NCBI GenBank assembly: GCA_030324005.1
Contig: JARDVH010000042.1
Span: forward strand, 104,751,155 to 104,815,154
Source of the DNA: Negaprion brevirostris
Lineage: Eukaryota
Direction: 5' to 3'
DNA length: 64,000 nt
The notes under the pieces are model-generated. The model ran no database searches and was not told where the DNA came from. It worked only from the letters and a program-made list of their open reading frames with translations. Of this stretch, positions 1 through 12,885 are shown piece after piece. Position numbers and translations under genes: made by a program. The first letter of the stretch is position 1, and each line of letters begins with the position of its first letter.

Positions 1-319
1 ATAGTTATTTGATGAGGCAACTATTGCAACTTTTAGCTTAAAACCAGCTTCCTACTCCACTCCTTATACTGGAGAATCCATTTTTGTTCATTGTTTGTCT
101 GCTGTGTTTGGGCATGTCTTAAATTCTTTTGCACCTTCTTGGCAAAATGGCTCATATACCTTGTTTGATTCCATGGACTGTTATAACGTGAGTAAAACAT
201 GCATTTCTTGGATGAAAAATTAAGACCAGCTCCAAAGACAAGTGTAGCATTTCTTAGTAGAAAAAAGGGGGTGGAAAGGTAGAAAAAGGGAGCAATTTTA
301 TAAATTACAGCATATTTTT

Positions 320-870
320 AATTATTTCATGGGATGTGCATGTTGCTGGTTGTTGTCTATTCCAGTTTGTAGTAAGCCACCTTCTTAAACTATTGCAGTC
401 CATGCAGTATAGGTACATTTATATTGATAATAGGAAGTGCTCCAGTATTTTGGTCCTGCACCAGTGAAGGAATGATGATGTAGTTCAAAGTTGGAATGGA
501 GTGTGGCTTGATGGGAACTTGCTGATGATGGTGTCCCCATGAGTCTACTGTCCTTGTCTTTTTGGTGCCAAGTTCATCAGTGGTGAAGGGAGTGATTGTT
601 TAAGCAGGTTGCTTTGTCTTGGAAGGTGTCAAGTTTCTCGAATGTTTTTGAAGCCACATTCCACCAAGGAAATGGAGAGTATTCTGTCACTGTTGATCTG
701 TGTCTTGTCGATAGTAGACCGCTTTGGTGAGTTACTTGCCTCAGAATTCCCCACCTTTGACCAGCTCTTATAGCCACAGTGTTTGTATGTCTGGTCCAGT
801 TTAATTTCTGGTCCGTGATAACTGATCCAGAGATATTGATAATGGGATTCAGTGATAGAAAATGTTCCCT
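320..870 (-). mobile_element. Decayed non-LTR retrotransposon (CR1/L2 group), 3' ORF2 fragment and tail
   Basis: ORF 577..888 contains DQKLNWTRHTNTVAIRAGQRWGILRQV...EYSP...KLDTFQDKA, typical of the post-RT region of LINE ORF2. Confidence 0.75.
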
Positions 871-1061
871 GTGTTTGAAAATCCACAAGTTAGATTCTTT
901 ATGAGGCTTGACTTCAACAGGAACATATGTTTAATTTCTTGAGAAATTACTATTAGCATAATCTCCAATTTTCAAGACGGTCCTCATTTAAAAATAAATA
1001 TGTGGCATTTTCTCATTGATTGTAAATAGTTTAATTTTAAAATTCCATGTTTCCAATTCAG

Positions 1062-1148
1062 TAATGAGCTGCCAGAGAGGGAGGAAGGTGAAGGAGAAGA
1101 GAGTGAACTGCAGAATTCATCTTACAATAACTGGAGACAAGCTCGGCG
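1062..1148 (+). CDS. MPDZ: MPDZ coding exon, linker before PDZ7 (NELPEREEGEGEESELQNSSYNNWRQAR), phase 2-2
   Basis: ttccaattcAG acceptor, GTatgt donor at 1149, 87 nt. Translation matches recalled human MPDZ ELPEREEGEGEESELQNTAYSNWNQPRR; phase fits the next exon (cg+a = Arg). Confidence 0.92.
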
Positions 1149-1367
1149 GTATGTGAATATGTTCCTTGTTTGTAAAGAAAAAAGGTTAAGGGAAACATTT
1201 GTGTCTTTCTTCACCAATTCAGTTGATATTGTGGTACTGGCCAGAAGATAATCCACTTCCTGTCAAAGTAGCAGTTTTAGTTGTTAGCTTTAATGCAACT
1301 GGAATAGAGGGAGAAAAAACTAAATTGGTGCCTAGTGACCCCTGTAAGAAGGTGAAGACATACATAA

Positions 1368-1860
1368 TAACATAAGAAATAGGAGCAGGAGTAGGCCATC
1401 TTGCCCTTTGAGCCTGCCCCGCCATTGAATAAGATCATGGCTGATCTGAAGNNNNNNNNNNNNNNNNNNNNNNNNNNNNNNNNNNNNNNNNNNNNNNNNN
1501 NNNNNNNNNNNNNNNNNNNNNNNNNNNNNNNNNNNNNNNNNNNNNNNNNNNTTAGTGCTAGTTTAGCTTCATAGTCTATCCTTCCTTTCTTTATCACCTT
1601 CTTAGTCATTCTTTGTTGATTTTTAAATCTTTCCCAATCTTCTAATTGCCCACTATTTTTAGCCACTCTGAACGCATCAGCTTTTAATTTAATACTCTCC
1701 TTTATTTCCTTCGATAACCATAGCTGGTTATCCCTTCTCCTACATTCCTTCTTTACCTTCGGAATATATTTCTGCTGGGTACCGAAAAAGATTTCCTTAA
1801 AAATCCTCCACTGTTCCTCAGCCATCCTACCAACCAATCTGCGCCCCCAATCTACACTCG
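1368..1860 (-). mobile_element. CR1-type LINE fragment (3' tail and ORF2 piece, separated by an N-run)
   Basis: aacataagaaataggagcaggagtaggccat is the reverse of the recurrent CR1 tail; ORF 1277..1867 has QWRIFKEIFF...YIPK...WLSKEIKESIKLK...YEAKLA, typical of CR1 ORF2. Confidence 0.88.
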
Positions 1861-2164
1861 CCCCCAATCTATATCTACAATCGCCCCCAATCTACATCTA
1901 CAATCTACGTTCTACATAATATCGGATGAAGACAGAATCAGTGTCTTTTGTAAATATTTCCTGTTGAAATATCCTGTTTTTGCTTTACTCCCATTGACAT
2001 GAAAAATTTTTTAAAAATTCTGGGCTACCAGTTCTAAAAAAATGTTCCATCTCACCCCTCCTCCTCTCTCCCAGAACTGCAGTAAAGATCCTCTTATTGT
2101 CACCTTCCACCCTAGCAGCCTCTGCATTCAACAGGTATCTTTTGCCATTCTTGTTACCTCCAGT

Positions 2165-3175
2165 GTCAGTGAGAGTAAACCACAATCAGTAAGGATAGGC
2201 AAGAAAATCACTTCCATGATCACCCTCAACACCAGTGCTCCACAAGGCTGTGTTGTCAGCCCCTTAATATACACTTTATACACCTATGACAGGCCAAATT
2301 CCCCGCCAGCTAAATTTTCAAGTTTGTTGATGATACCACCATAGTAGGTCAGACCTCAAACAATGATGAGATGGAGTATGGGAAAGAGACAGAGAATCTG
2401 GTGGAACTGGGATGACGACAATAATTTCTCACTCAAGGTCAGCAAAATGAAGGAGATAGTCATCAACTTCAGGAAGTTTAGTGGAGGACATGCCCTTGTC
2501 TAAATCACCAGGGACAAAGTGGAAATGGTTGAGAGCTTCATGTTTCTGGATAGCCAGATCACCAATAACCTATCCTGGTCCCTTCACACCAACACTATAG
2601 TTAAGAAAGTCCACCAACGCCTTTACTTTCTCAGGAGGCTAAGGAAATTTGGCATGTCTGCTCTGACACACTCAAACTTTTACAGATACACCATAGAAAG
2701 CATTCTTTCTCATTGTATCACAGCTTGGTATGGCTCTTGCTCTGTCCAAAACCACAAGAGGCTACAAAAGTCATGAATAAAGCCCAGTCCATCATGCAAA
2801 ACAGCTCTCATCCATTGACTTGCTTTGCACTTCCTGATGCCTTGGAAAAGCAGTCAGCATGATCAAGGACCTCATGCACTCTGGACATACTCTCTTCCAC
2901 CTTCTTCCATCAGGAAAAAGATACAAAAGTCTGAAGTCACATACCAGCCAACTCAAGAACAGTTTCTTCCCTGCTGCTATCAGACTTTTGAATGGACCTA
3001 CCTCAAATTAAGTTGATCTTTCTCTACACCCTAGCTATGACTGTAACACTACATTCTGCACCCTCTCCTTTCTCTTTTCCTTCTCTCTGTACGGTATGAT
3101 TTGTCTGTATAGCACGCAATAAACAATACTTTTCATTGCATACTAATATATGTGACAATAATGAATCAAACCAAA
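2165..3175 (+). mobile_element. Rex1/Babar LINE, 5'-truncated and frameshifted RT region with 3' tail
   Basis: ITLNTSAPQGCVVSPLIYTLYT, a KFVDDTT-like motif in a shifted frame, and NLSWSLHTNTIVKKVHQRLYFLRRLRKF...IESIL..CITAWYG; tail ends tgtgacaataa. Confidence 0.9.
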
Positions 3176-3244
3176 AAGAGAGAGAAAAATGCATGACAGA
3201 TGGAACATTGGACCTAATGGAGAACACGAGGAAGGTAAAACAAA

Positions 3245-3745
3245 TACATAAGAACGTAAGAAATAGGAGCAGGGCAGGCCATCTAGCCCTTCGACCCTGT
3301 CCTGCCATTTAATAAGATCATGGCTGATCTGAAGTGGATCAGTTCCACTTTCCCACTTTCTCCCCATAACCCTTAATTCCCNNNNNNNNNNNNNNNNNNN
3401 NNNNNNNNNNNNNNNNNNNNNNNNNNNNNNNNNNNNNNNNNNNNNNNNNNNNNNNNNNNNNNNNNNNNNNNNNNNNNNNNNNNNNNNNNNNNNNNNNNNN
3501 NNNNNNNNNNNNNNNNNNNNNNNNNNNNNNNNNNNNNNNNNNNNNNNNNNNNNNNNNNNNNNNNNNNNNNNNNNNNNNNNNNNNNNNNNNNTCTCTACCT
3601 CTACCCTATCTAGCCCCTTCATTATCTTGTAAGTCTCTATAAGATCCCCCCTCAGCCTTCTAAACTCTTAATGAGTACAGACCCAGTCTATTCAATCTCT
3701 CTTCATAAGCTAACCCAGCTCATCTCCGGTATCAGCCTGGTGATA
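3245..3745 (-). mobile_element. CR1-type LINE 3' fragment
   Basis: Same tail as at 1368; MKGLDRVEVE peptide typical of the CR1 ORF2 C-terminus. Confidence 0.85.
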
Positions 3746-4219
3746 AGTCAACAATTAAGAACAACATAGTGGTTCAAATATGAAAAAGTAAGAACAAAAT
3801 AAGATGAAAAACAACAAATTCAAAGGCCCAGATGAAACAGTTATCAAATGAATTAAAAGTTTAGAAGACTTTGGAAAAGACCAAGATTTAATAAATCAAT
3901 ATTAAGTACATTCCCTAAAGTACTTGGAGCAATTGAATGTGAACTCCATTGGACTGAGAGTCACATTACTAAGACCCTTCTTCAATGTTGAAGAGGGCCA
4001 GGAGCAAGTTAAAGCCAGAAATTTTAGCTCTTCAGTTTGGTTTTTAAAAGATAGAGGAATGAGAAATGTTATTCTGTGGTAATCATATTGTCAAAATGAA
4101 TCATGGAGATGAAAAAAGATTTGGATGTGAATGGTATAAAAATGAACAGCTGTGTCAGGAAACAAAATTATAAAGAACAAAATTAAGGTCAGTACTTGCA
4201 AAAAATGACCTAAAACAAA

Positions 4220-7200
4220 AGGGGCAATTGTTCTCCATCTTTGGGATTGGCAGTGCAAGCTCAAAATCTGGAAAGCACGATCCCCACCGGCGAGTTCCTG
4301 AGTTCCAATCTTCCCAATCCCTCACCAGTAGTATGGCGTGAAACACGCTGTGGGACTGCAGAAAGCTCATTTTTATACATTAACATGTCGTTTGCAAACA
4401 TTTTCCGGGACCTATCCCTCACTGGATATTCAGTAGATGCTGGCGCGATATCATGCAGCCGCCATTTAGAACAGCTCTACATAAGCATAAACCTGGCACC
4501 TTCACTTCAGAACAGGATTTTGGAGGTGAGCCTGTAGTGCTCAGGGGGCACCAGAGAGGACTTGAGGGACATAGGTAAGTTCAACTTGAGAGTGAGAGCC
4601 CAAAATCGCCATTTCGGAGAGAGAGGTCAGGAGGGTCACTTGCAGGCCGTACCCTCCCCTTCGTGTGAGGATTTCCTTTTGCTGTAAAGGGGTTGTGAAG
4701 GTTGGTATGCCGGCAACACTTACCATGTCCTCTTTCTCATGCATTCCTATCCATTTCATAGCCCTTTCTTAATGAGGGATTGGAAGGGCTTGCAAACAAG
4801 ACGCACAGCACTAGAGGCAGCTGTGAGTTACCTGGGTGGGGACCTATGAGAGTCCGTCTATCAGGACAGAGTCGGGGATTCCAGGAATGGGCTGCATCTC
4901 CCCTCATGCAGCCCAAAGAGCCTCTCATGAAGAAGATGACTGTAGTGTGATTAGAACCCACACTCGGGCAGTGGTGTGGGGACAAAGGAGAGACGCTGCG
5001 CAGCAGTCCAAAACCAATTGTCAGGGCTGGTTGCGCGCAGTGGTAAATCTCAATGGGTCATTGAAGGCTGCTGAACTCTGTACCTCTTATGACCTGGGTG
5101 AAACAGCATACTGTCTAGGAATGTGCTGGCCTTGCACAATTCAGCTGTGCCTCAACTGCCACAGGAGGAAGATACTTGGCTGAACAACCTCCCTATTTTG
5201 TGGTTAGGCCAGTAAATGCTGTGCAGCCAAACTGCACAGCTATTTAGTGGAAGCCACTTTTTAACCCTTTGCAAGCATTGAGCTAAATTTTCCAGAAAGG
5301 TTGCAGCATCACACTGATAACACTGATCGGAACCCATATGCCAGGTATGATGATGATGTCTGTTGTTGTCTGATTGCACCTACGTGGCCTTGCATGCTCC
5401 AGGATGCCACGCAGTTCCATTCATGAGTGAGACTTCTCCTTCACTGTGAATTTTGTGTGTGACCACATGATGCACTTCATGCAGGCATGTGCCTACTCCC
5501 AGGGTGCCTTCATGACAGTTACATCTTCAATCCCAGCAGTCTTTGAGGGAGAGCAGTGGCTGGAGGGATGGCCCCTTGGAGACATGAGGTATCCATTAAG
5601 GACGTGGCTGATGATGCCAGCGGAGAGGCCACAAAGTCCGTCAGAAACTCATTATAATAAGACTTATGCTACCACACGCATGCAAGTTGAGCAAATGATT
5701 TGCCTGCTGAAGATGCGGCTCAGGCCCCTGGACCAGTTAGGGAGTATCTTACGTTGTCGTCCGCTGCGCTCTCTACTACTTGGCGCTGTAGAGAAGAGAT
5801 TACCTAGACCTAGAGGAGATGGAGGAGTGCCATTGCTTCTTGGATGAGGAGGATGTCAAGGACAGCAGTGAGGGTGATCACACAGAGGAGGAGGCAGAAC
5901 TGGCCCAACTGGGACAACGCACAAAGGATAGCCTCATAATGTTTCGTTTCGGGGACGAGCAGGACTATGATCGACTAGCTTTGCCACCATGGTGAATAAC
6001 ATCTAACCAGTTATATGATGCTAGCTGTATGCTCCCATGTAGTTGCCAGGTGTCGTGGGCTAGGCATCATGGAGTTATTGGCCAGATTCTGTGGGTGATG
6101 ATAATGACGCATTGAGCACAGAGGGATGCTCCCCTCATTCTCAGCTATATGTCTGACTCCAACTTGGCAGAGAGTTTAACATATCCTGCCATCAAATGAG
6201 GGCTCAGAAACATGGGACGTGCAGTGTCAGAAGCACCAGTGTCAGGGGTCCTGGTTTTTGCATTCACTTTACAGCCAAGGTGGGCAGTCTGGCAGCACCT
6301 TGATAGCCCTTGGCCCTGTGATCACCAGAGAACACTGATAGACATGAGAGGGGTGAACTTTGATGGGGGAGGGGTTGATAAGGGATTCATCCTTTCATCC
6401 TTCCATGGATGGGGATTGGGGAGAGGGCGGGAGGGGTGGAGTTGCATGCCAATAGCAGCATCTCCTAACAGCATCACCGGTGTTGGGGGGGACATTCTTC
6501 ACAAGGATAAGGTGCCGGCTGAGTGTGGTGCTTCCCCCAAGCATGATGAATAGACAGGGTGAAGGCTCTGAGTGATTAAAGTGAAATTTATTGCCAAACG
6601 TTCAAAACAAAATGGTGACCTATCTATACTAGTGCCTTTATTCACTCGTGCCCACTAAGTGTTTGGGTTTCTTAGTCTTCATATATTCCTATGGTGCAAA
6701 AGGAGGCCATTGAGACTGCACTGAACATAATCCCACCCAGGCCCTATCTATCCCTGTGCATTTACCCAGCTAGTCACCCTGACACTAAGGGGCAATTTAC
6801 CATGGCCAGTCTACCTAACCTGAACATCTTTGGACTGTGGGAGGAAACCCATGAAGACACGGGGAGAATGTGCAGACCTCACACAGACAATGACTCAAGC
6901 CAGGAATTGAACCCGGGTCATTGGTGCTGTGAGGTGGCAATGCTAACCACTGTGCTACAGTGCCGCCCCCATAGTAGCTGGTCAGGAATTTTCTGGCCAT
7001 CCCACAATGAGTAGGTGTATCCCCAGGATGTACAAGCTAAGGTTGAGGCAGCCTGCTGACTTCCATGCCCTTTTGCCTGAGATGACCTTGATGGGCATCC
7101 CCTAGGGGCTGAGATCGGTGAGGGTCCAGGCCTGCTTTCGGGTAGCATGAATGTTTGACTGCTTCCTTGCTCAGTGTCAGGAGCTAGAGATTTGTCGCTC

Positions 7201-7975
7201 AGAGAGGGGGTTGTCTGATGGGCTGGAGGCAACCGGGCTGGAGGACCTTAGTCTGTACTCCTGCCGTTCCTCTTCGCTTTGGGTTCCTGGAATCTGGTGG
7301 GTCTAGGGCGTATAAGGATGGTCCAACCTGACCCTTGGCCAGCCTGCAAGAGAAGGGGCATGGCATCAATTCATTACAGGGTTATGGATGGAACATAGAT
7401 TACTCAGATGTGGAATGACAGCATATGTGCTGAGAATCTCAGATTGCTTTGCCACCTCCACTTCCCCAGCAGGGCAGCCATGCTCTTCCTCCTCCCCAGA
7501 CAGGTCGAGGGCTCACTCCTCAAAATGCGCAAGAGTTCTCAGCTCAGGCATGACTCCAGCTGGCTGCGTCCGCTCATGCATGCTGTGATGACTTTGTCCT
7601 GAAATGACACACACAAGGTGCGAGTGTTGGCATTTAAGATGGTGATGAGGTGTGGCAGGGATGGAGCTTGGGAGTGTGAGGAGCTATTGCTGGAACCTGG
7701 TGATTGTGAGAGAGACGGAGCAATTTGGTGCCTGATGCTGGCAAAGACTAAGGTGGCTAAGTGAGAGACAGGGTTGGAAGCGTGAGGTAATCCTGTGGGA
7801 GACTGGGGATGGTTCACTTACCCTGGCTGTGTAAAGATGATCATTCATTTTCGCCCGGCATTGCTGCCCTGTCCTCTTCTGGAGTGTGCTCGCACTAACC
7901 AGGGCTGCTGCTGTACTCCAGGTGGGGGTGGTTTCCCTGCCAGAAGGCCATTTCCTGGAATAGTGGAAGAGGATT
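4220..7975. mobile_element. Decayed PIF/Harbinger DNA transposon with convergent transposase (+) and Myb/SANT-like (-) genes
   Basis: + strand DDE nuclease remnants: DCTYVALHAP near 5373 and LGDMRYPLRTWLMMP...YNKTYATTRMQVEQMICLLKMR in ORF 5446..5847. - strand near 7820-7920 reads WSTAAALVSASTLQKRTGQQCRAKMND (Myb/SANT-like). GC-richer than the flanks; boundaries approximate. Confidence 0.85.
6686..6969 (-). mobile_element. tRNA-derived SINE (HE1/V-SINE-like) nested in the Harbinger element
   Basis: Reverse strand starts gggcggcactgtagcacagtggttagc (box A), has gggttcaattcc (box B), the shared core and a CR1-like tail. Confidence 0.88.
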
Positions 7976-8023
7976 CTCTATTTGACAGTTTATTTGGTAA
8001 TGATCCCTATTTCTTTCGCTTAC

Positions 8024-8116
8024 GTTTCATTCTAAGTCTGAAACATCTTTGATGTACAAGTTATCCCAAGATGTTTCAGACTTAGAATGAAACTTTGACG
8101 TACAAGTTATCCCAAG
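8024..8116. repeat. Perfect 26-bp inverted repeat (8024-8049 / 8068-8093) interlocked with a 24-bp direct repeat (8047-8070 / 8093-8116)
   Basis: gtttcattctaagtctgaaacatctt and its exact reverse complement aagatgtttcagacttagaatgaaac; ctttga(t/c)gtacaagttatcccaag occurs twice. Confidence 0.95.
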
Positions 8117-8230
8117 TAGCCATAGAAATTCTAGCAATGTCTGTGCCAAATTGTTCCTTATTTTAAGTGATTCTATATTGTCCTGCTCTGAATAACATAA
8201 GGCAAGGTGTCATTTCGTTCTTCATTTTAG

Positions 8231-8408
8231 AGTGGAATTATGGCGAGAACCTGCAAAGTCCTTAGGAATTAGCATCGTTGGAGGAAAAGGAATGGGAAGT
8301 CGATTAAGTAATGGAGAGGTCATGAGAGGAATATTCATCAAGCACATTCTGGAAGACAGCCCAGCTGGAAGAAATGGAACATTAAAAACTGGGGACAGAA
8401 TTGTTGAG
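8231..8408 (+). CDS. MPDZ: MPDZ coding exon, N-terminal part of PDZ7 ([59 protein letters not shown])
   Basis: ttcattttAG acceptor, GTatgt donor, 178 nt. Nearly identical to recalled human PDZ7; lies within ORF 8232..8504. Confidence 0.97.
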
Positions 8409-10066
8409 GTATGTTTTTCAAACCATGAGTTAAGATATTTACTCACATATCTATTTTTTCAATTTAAAAAAAAGTTATTTCTGAATGGATTGCCATCGTA
8501 TTGAAATTGAGAGAAACTTAGTGGCAATGAAAAATGGTTATACAGTGAGAAGTAGAATTGTATGCCTTTTTGAATTTTGTGCATTTAATAAACTGAAGTT
8601 TACAGTACTGTTTTCCCATTTCTTGTCACTTGTTGATTAACATCAAATGGGAGGACTTCCCATTTAGTCATATACAAATCAATCAAGGGAGAGTCAGAAT
8701 TTTGCTGTAGAACATAAACTTTGACCATGCTAACCTTTAAAATTTTATTCAGCTCATCCTTTGCTGTTGAATTGCAGTGTAACTTGTTCCAGAAAATTCG
8801 TATATAGACTAAAGTTAAAAGCAATAAAAGTAGACAAATCCACCGGGTGACAAAGAGGTGATGGATTGAATAGTAAAGGATGGCAGCCTTGAATTAAAAT
8901 GCTACTACAATTACAAACTAATACGTTGTGCCTACACTTACAGGCACTTAAATGCATATGCAAATGCATATGATCATTCCAGTACTTCGTAAAGGAGCCA
9001 AACCAAGTAAGGAATAGGATTATTCAGATATCTTTTCATCCTCCAGCTTACAGGATTGAACTGCGTCAAATGCCTAAGTAACCTTGATCACTCTTGGAAT
9101 GGGAAACCTACCAGAACAGTTTAACATCATTTTTGCATTTAAGTGTGATAAAAACAATCGGCAGTCATTTGACATTGAATGCTGTAATTTGGAATGAGGT
9201 TTTCATGCAGTCAGCAGCATTTTGCTATCATTAACGTCAATTGCAATCAATGGTGAATGGGCTCAAACGCATCAAGTGTGCTCAAATACACCAAATACTC
9301 TCAGTGACCTGGATTTGAAAATACAAGGAAGTGAACGACTTAAATAATATCTGAATTAGTGGAATTTATCATTAGGTGCAAAAACATTTTTCCTCACAGT
9401 CCTTGGACCTACTACACTACCACTCCCCACATAATTGATGTCATATAAGTGTATATGAATGCTGCTGAATATACTTCAGGTGGGGAGACGCAACCATTTC
9501 TTACATTGGGTCGATTGCATACTTTTAAGAACTTAGTACATAGATGAACTCTTCTTGTTTTAGGGCTCGAGCTTTGTCACTTGAAGGGTATTGATGACTG
9601 GTACTGATGATAATATTTCCCTCCCTTAGTACTGATATAGTTTCACATTATCTTGTTTCTATATAATTAACTTCTGACAAAAAGAAATATAAATCTTGAA
9701 AGGCATGAAAGATCATAGCTCGTGATTGTTGACCAGTGACTAGGATTAGAGTTAAGATCAGCTGCAGCTTCTCTCTTGTCATCCACAGTTGCTTAGCTTG
9801 TCGTAGTCACTTTTTAAGCTTGCACCTGAAGAGTGACCACTGAATAGAGGTGCTAGAAGCTGTTGGCATTGTAGAATTTTAGCCCACCATGAGTCAGTTG
9901 CTTGAGGAGCGGGTGGGGGCAGACAGAATGGAGATTTATCTTAAATTGTTAGCAAAAGAACCTATCTGTTCATGATCAATGTTTTTTTCATTGGTTTTAG
10001 ATATATGGTGTTATGTAAGTTATATTGCAGACTTTTTTAAAAACTTAATTTAATATTGCTTTTCAG

Positions 10067-10177
10067 GTAGATGGGGTTGACTTGCGAGATGCCAGCCATG
10101 AGCAGGCAGTTGAAGCTATTCGAAAAGCAGGCAATCCTGTGGTGTTTTTAGTCCAAGGTTTAATAACCAGACCACGG
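10067..10177 (+). CDS. MPDZ: MPDZ coding exon, C-terminal part of PDZ7 ([37 protein letters not shown]), phase 0-0
   Basis: gcttttcAG acceptor, GTatgt donor, 111 nt; matches human [37 protein letters not shown]. Confidence 0.97.
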
Positions 10178-12400
10178 GTATGTAAACTGAAAAGCACAGG
10201 AGGAATAAACACTACTTAATGTGAAATCAATTAAATGATTCTGTTTATATCAAACATTACAGAGGTATATAAAAACGATGAGTTTAGTCTGTTACGTTTT
10301 AAAATGTTTACCTGCATAATCAATTGAAGTGAAAATGTTATTTTTGTAGTATTATGTAGCATTGCTGATTAGTTCTCGCTAAATATATGACATTGTAGAT
10401 GAAACGAACTACCAGAACACAGCAGACTTTTTTTCAGTTTTGAACATTTGGCTTTAAAAAAAAATCTGTTCTTCCATCAAATTTTTCTCCAAGAGGTTAA
10501 ACTAAATAACCTTCACAGTTCGATGCAACTTTGTTTTGTTTCTTGTTGCCTATTCTGTCTGTCATTGAAGTTGGGTATAAAGGCTTTTGGATAAGAATTA
10601 ACAGCAAGAAGCCTCTACAATATGTATTATTGAGGGCAGGTAACTGATAAAGCTTCATTGCGCAGAAAATTATGAAGATTATCCATGTTAAAAAGAAATT
10701 GAATACAGCACCTGAAGCTTAATTGGTAGGAGTGAGATTAGAAAGACAGCACACATCCACTACCATGTTTCCTAATCCAGAAATTATTGCCTCCAAACTC
10801 TCCATGCCCTCCCTCTTTTTTCTTCCTTCTCTCCCACACCACTTAAGTAGCAACAGTTTCTATACAACTTAAAAAATTCATCTTCCTGAGCTCAGAAGGG
10901 CAGCAAGTTGTCATGTCACTGCCTGTTATGGTTCACGGCAGCAACTCCGAAGTGTTCAATGCAGTCTGCCNNNNNNNNNNNNNNNNNNNNNNNNNNNNNN
11001 NNNNNNNNNNNNNNNNNNNNNNNNNNNNNNNNNNNNNNNNNNNNNNNNNNNNNNNNNNNNNNNNNNNNNNNNNNNNNNNNNNNNNNNNNNNNNNNNNNNN
11101 NNNNNNNNNNNNNNNNNNNCAGTTACAAACGAGAAACAAACAATCATGATAACGTATAATCTTTAACAAAGGTAGCTACAATGTTCCAATCGATCTAATC
11201 CTATCGACAAAAAAAACCTTTTCATGAGTTCAATACAGCACAGACTAATGCTCACTTGATACTGGAAATTGAGTCCTTTGGTTGGAGATTGGAAACTTTC
11301 AGTCTTGAGACACTCAACAGGTTGAAGTCAGAACAGCTTCCCAGAGACATCAGGGACTTAAGGCAAACTACTAAAGCCTTGCTTTAAGATTGCCAGCAGA
11401 ATTCCTAAGTAAAACAGGGAAAAATATTTCTTTTCAGCTTTGTTTCCTATCAAAACCCAACTGTATCTCAGAACTGAAAACAAAACCTTAAACTCATTAG
11501 GAAAAAAATCTGCAAAAACAAATGACCATCCACCTAACAGTGCAGGATCATAAAACTAATCTCAGAATAAACACAAACAACCTCATTTAAGCCACTTAAG
11601 TAGCAGCAAAAGGACGTTTCCAATCAAGACAGCAACAATACCATCACTGAAGCTTTGAGCTAAGAAACCACTGCAGCTGTGAGAACTGTAGAAATCATGA
11701 TTTAAAAAAACTCTTAAAAGGTACACTAACATTACACTGCCCTCTGGATCATCGTTTCTCAGTCAGTTTNNNNNNNNNNNNNNNNNNNNNNNNNNNNNNN
11801 NNNNNNNNNNNNNNNNNNNNNNNNNNNNNNNNNNNNNNNNNNNNNNNNNNNNNNNNNNNNNNNNNNNNNNNNNNNNNNNNNNNNNNNNNNNNNNNNNNNN
11901 NNNNNNNNNNNNNNNNNNNNNNNNNNNNNNNNNNNNNNNNNNNNNNNNNNNNNNNNNNNNNNNNNNNNNNNNNNNNNNNNNNNNNNNNNNNNNNNNNNNN
12001 NNNNNNNNNNNNNNNNNNNNNNNNNNNNNNNNNNNNNNNNNNNNNNNNNNNNNNNNNNNNNNNNNNNNNNNNNNNNNNNNNNNNNNNNNNNNNNNNNNNN
12101 NNNNNNNNNNNNNNNNNNNNNNNNNNNNNNNNNNNNNNNNNNNNNNNNNNNNNNNNNNNNNNNNNNNNNNNNNNNNNNNNNNNNNNNNNNNNNNNNNNNN
12201 NNNNNNNNNNNNNNNNNNNNNNNNNNNNNNNNNNNNNNNNNNNNNNNNNNNNNNNNNNNNNNNNNNNNNNNNNNNNNNNNNNNNNNNNNNNNNNNNNNNN
12301 NNNNNNNNNNNNNNNNNNNNNNNNNNNNNNNNNNNNNNNNNNNNNNNNNNNNNNNNNNNNNNNNNNNNNNNNNNNNNNNNNNNNNNNNNNNNNNNNNNNN

Positions 12401-12600
12401 CTCCCACACCTCTCTCCCTCCCACACCTCCCTCCCTCCCTCCCACACCTCTCTCCCTCCAAGCACTTTCCTCTCCCCAAAAGCATTACCCCTTTCCCTCC
12501 AAACACTACCTCCTCCCCCAGCCTCTCCCTCCAAACGCTGCCCCTTCCCCCAAGTTTTTTTCCTTCTCCCGCTTCTCCTTTCCTTCCCCCAACTGCTGCC
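12401..12600. repeat. C/T-rich low-complexity repeat next to a long N-run
   Basis: Repeated ctcccacacctc(tctc)cct units. Confidence 0.85.
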
Positions 12601-12642
12601 TCTGTCCCTCACCCCAGCCTCTTGCTCGCTGCTTCCAGACAC

Positions 12643-12885
12643 TGAGTCATAGAGGTTTACTGCATGGAAACAGGCCCTTCGACCCAACTTGCTCATGCTG
12701 TCCTTTTTTATTGAAACCCCTAAGCTACTCCCAATTCCCCACATTTGGCATATGTCTCTCTATATCCATCTTACCCATGTAATTGTCTAAATGTTTTTAA
12801 AAGAAAATTGTACCGCATCTACTACTACCTCCGGCAGCTTGTTCCACTCACCACCCTCTGTGTGAAAAAATTGCCCTCTGCACCC
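12643..12885 (-). mobile_element. CR1-type LINE 3' end fragment
   Basis: tcatagaggtttac...acaggcccttcgacccaac tail and accaccctctgtgtgaaaaaa (reverse of FFTQRVV). Confidence 0.75.

Noticed and set aside
11749-12744. Long ORFs of 228-331 aa in the track, and other X-rich ORFs
   Set aside because: They are open only because they cross N-runs and low-complexity sequence.
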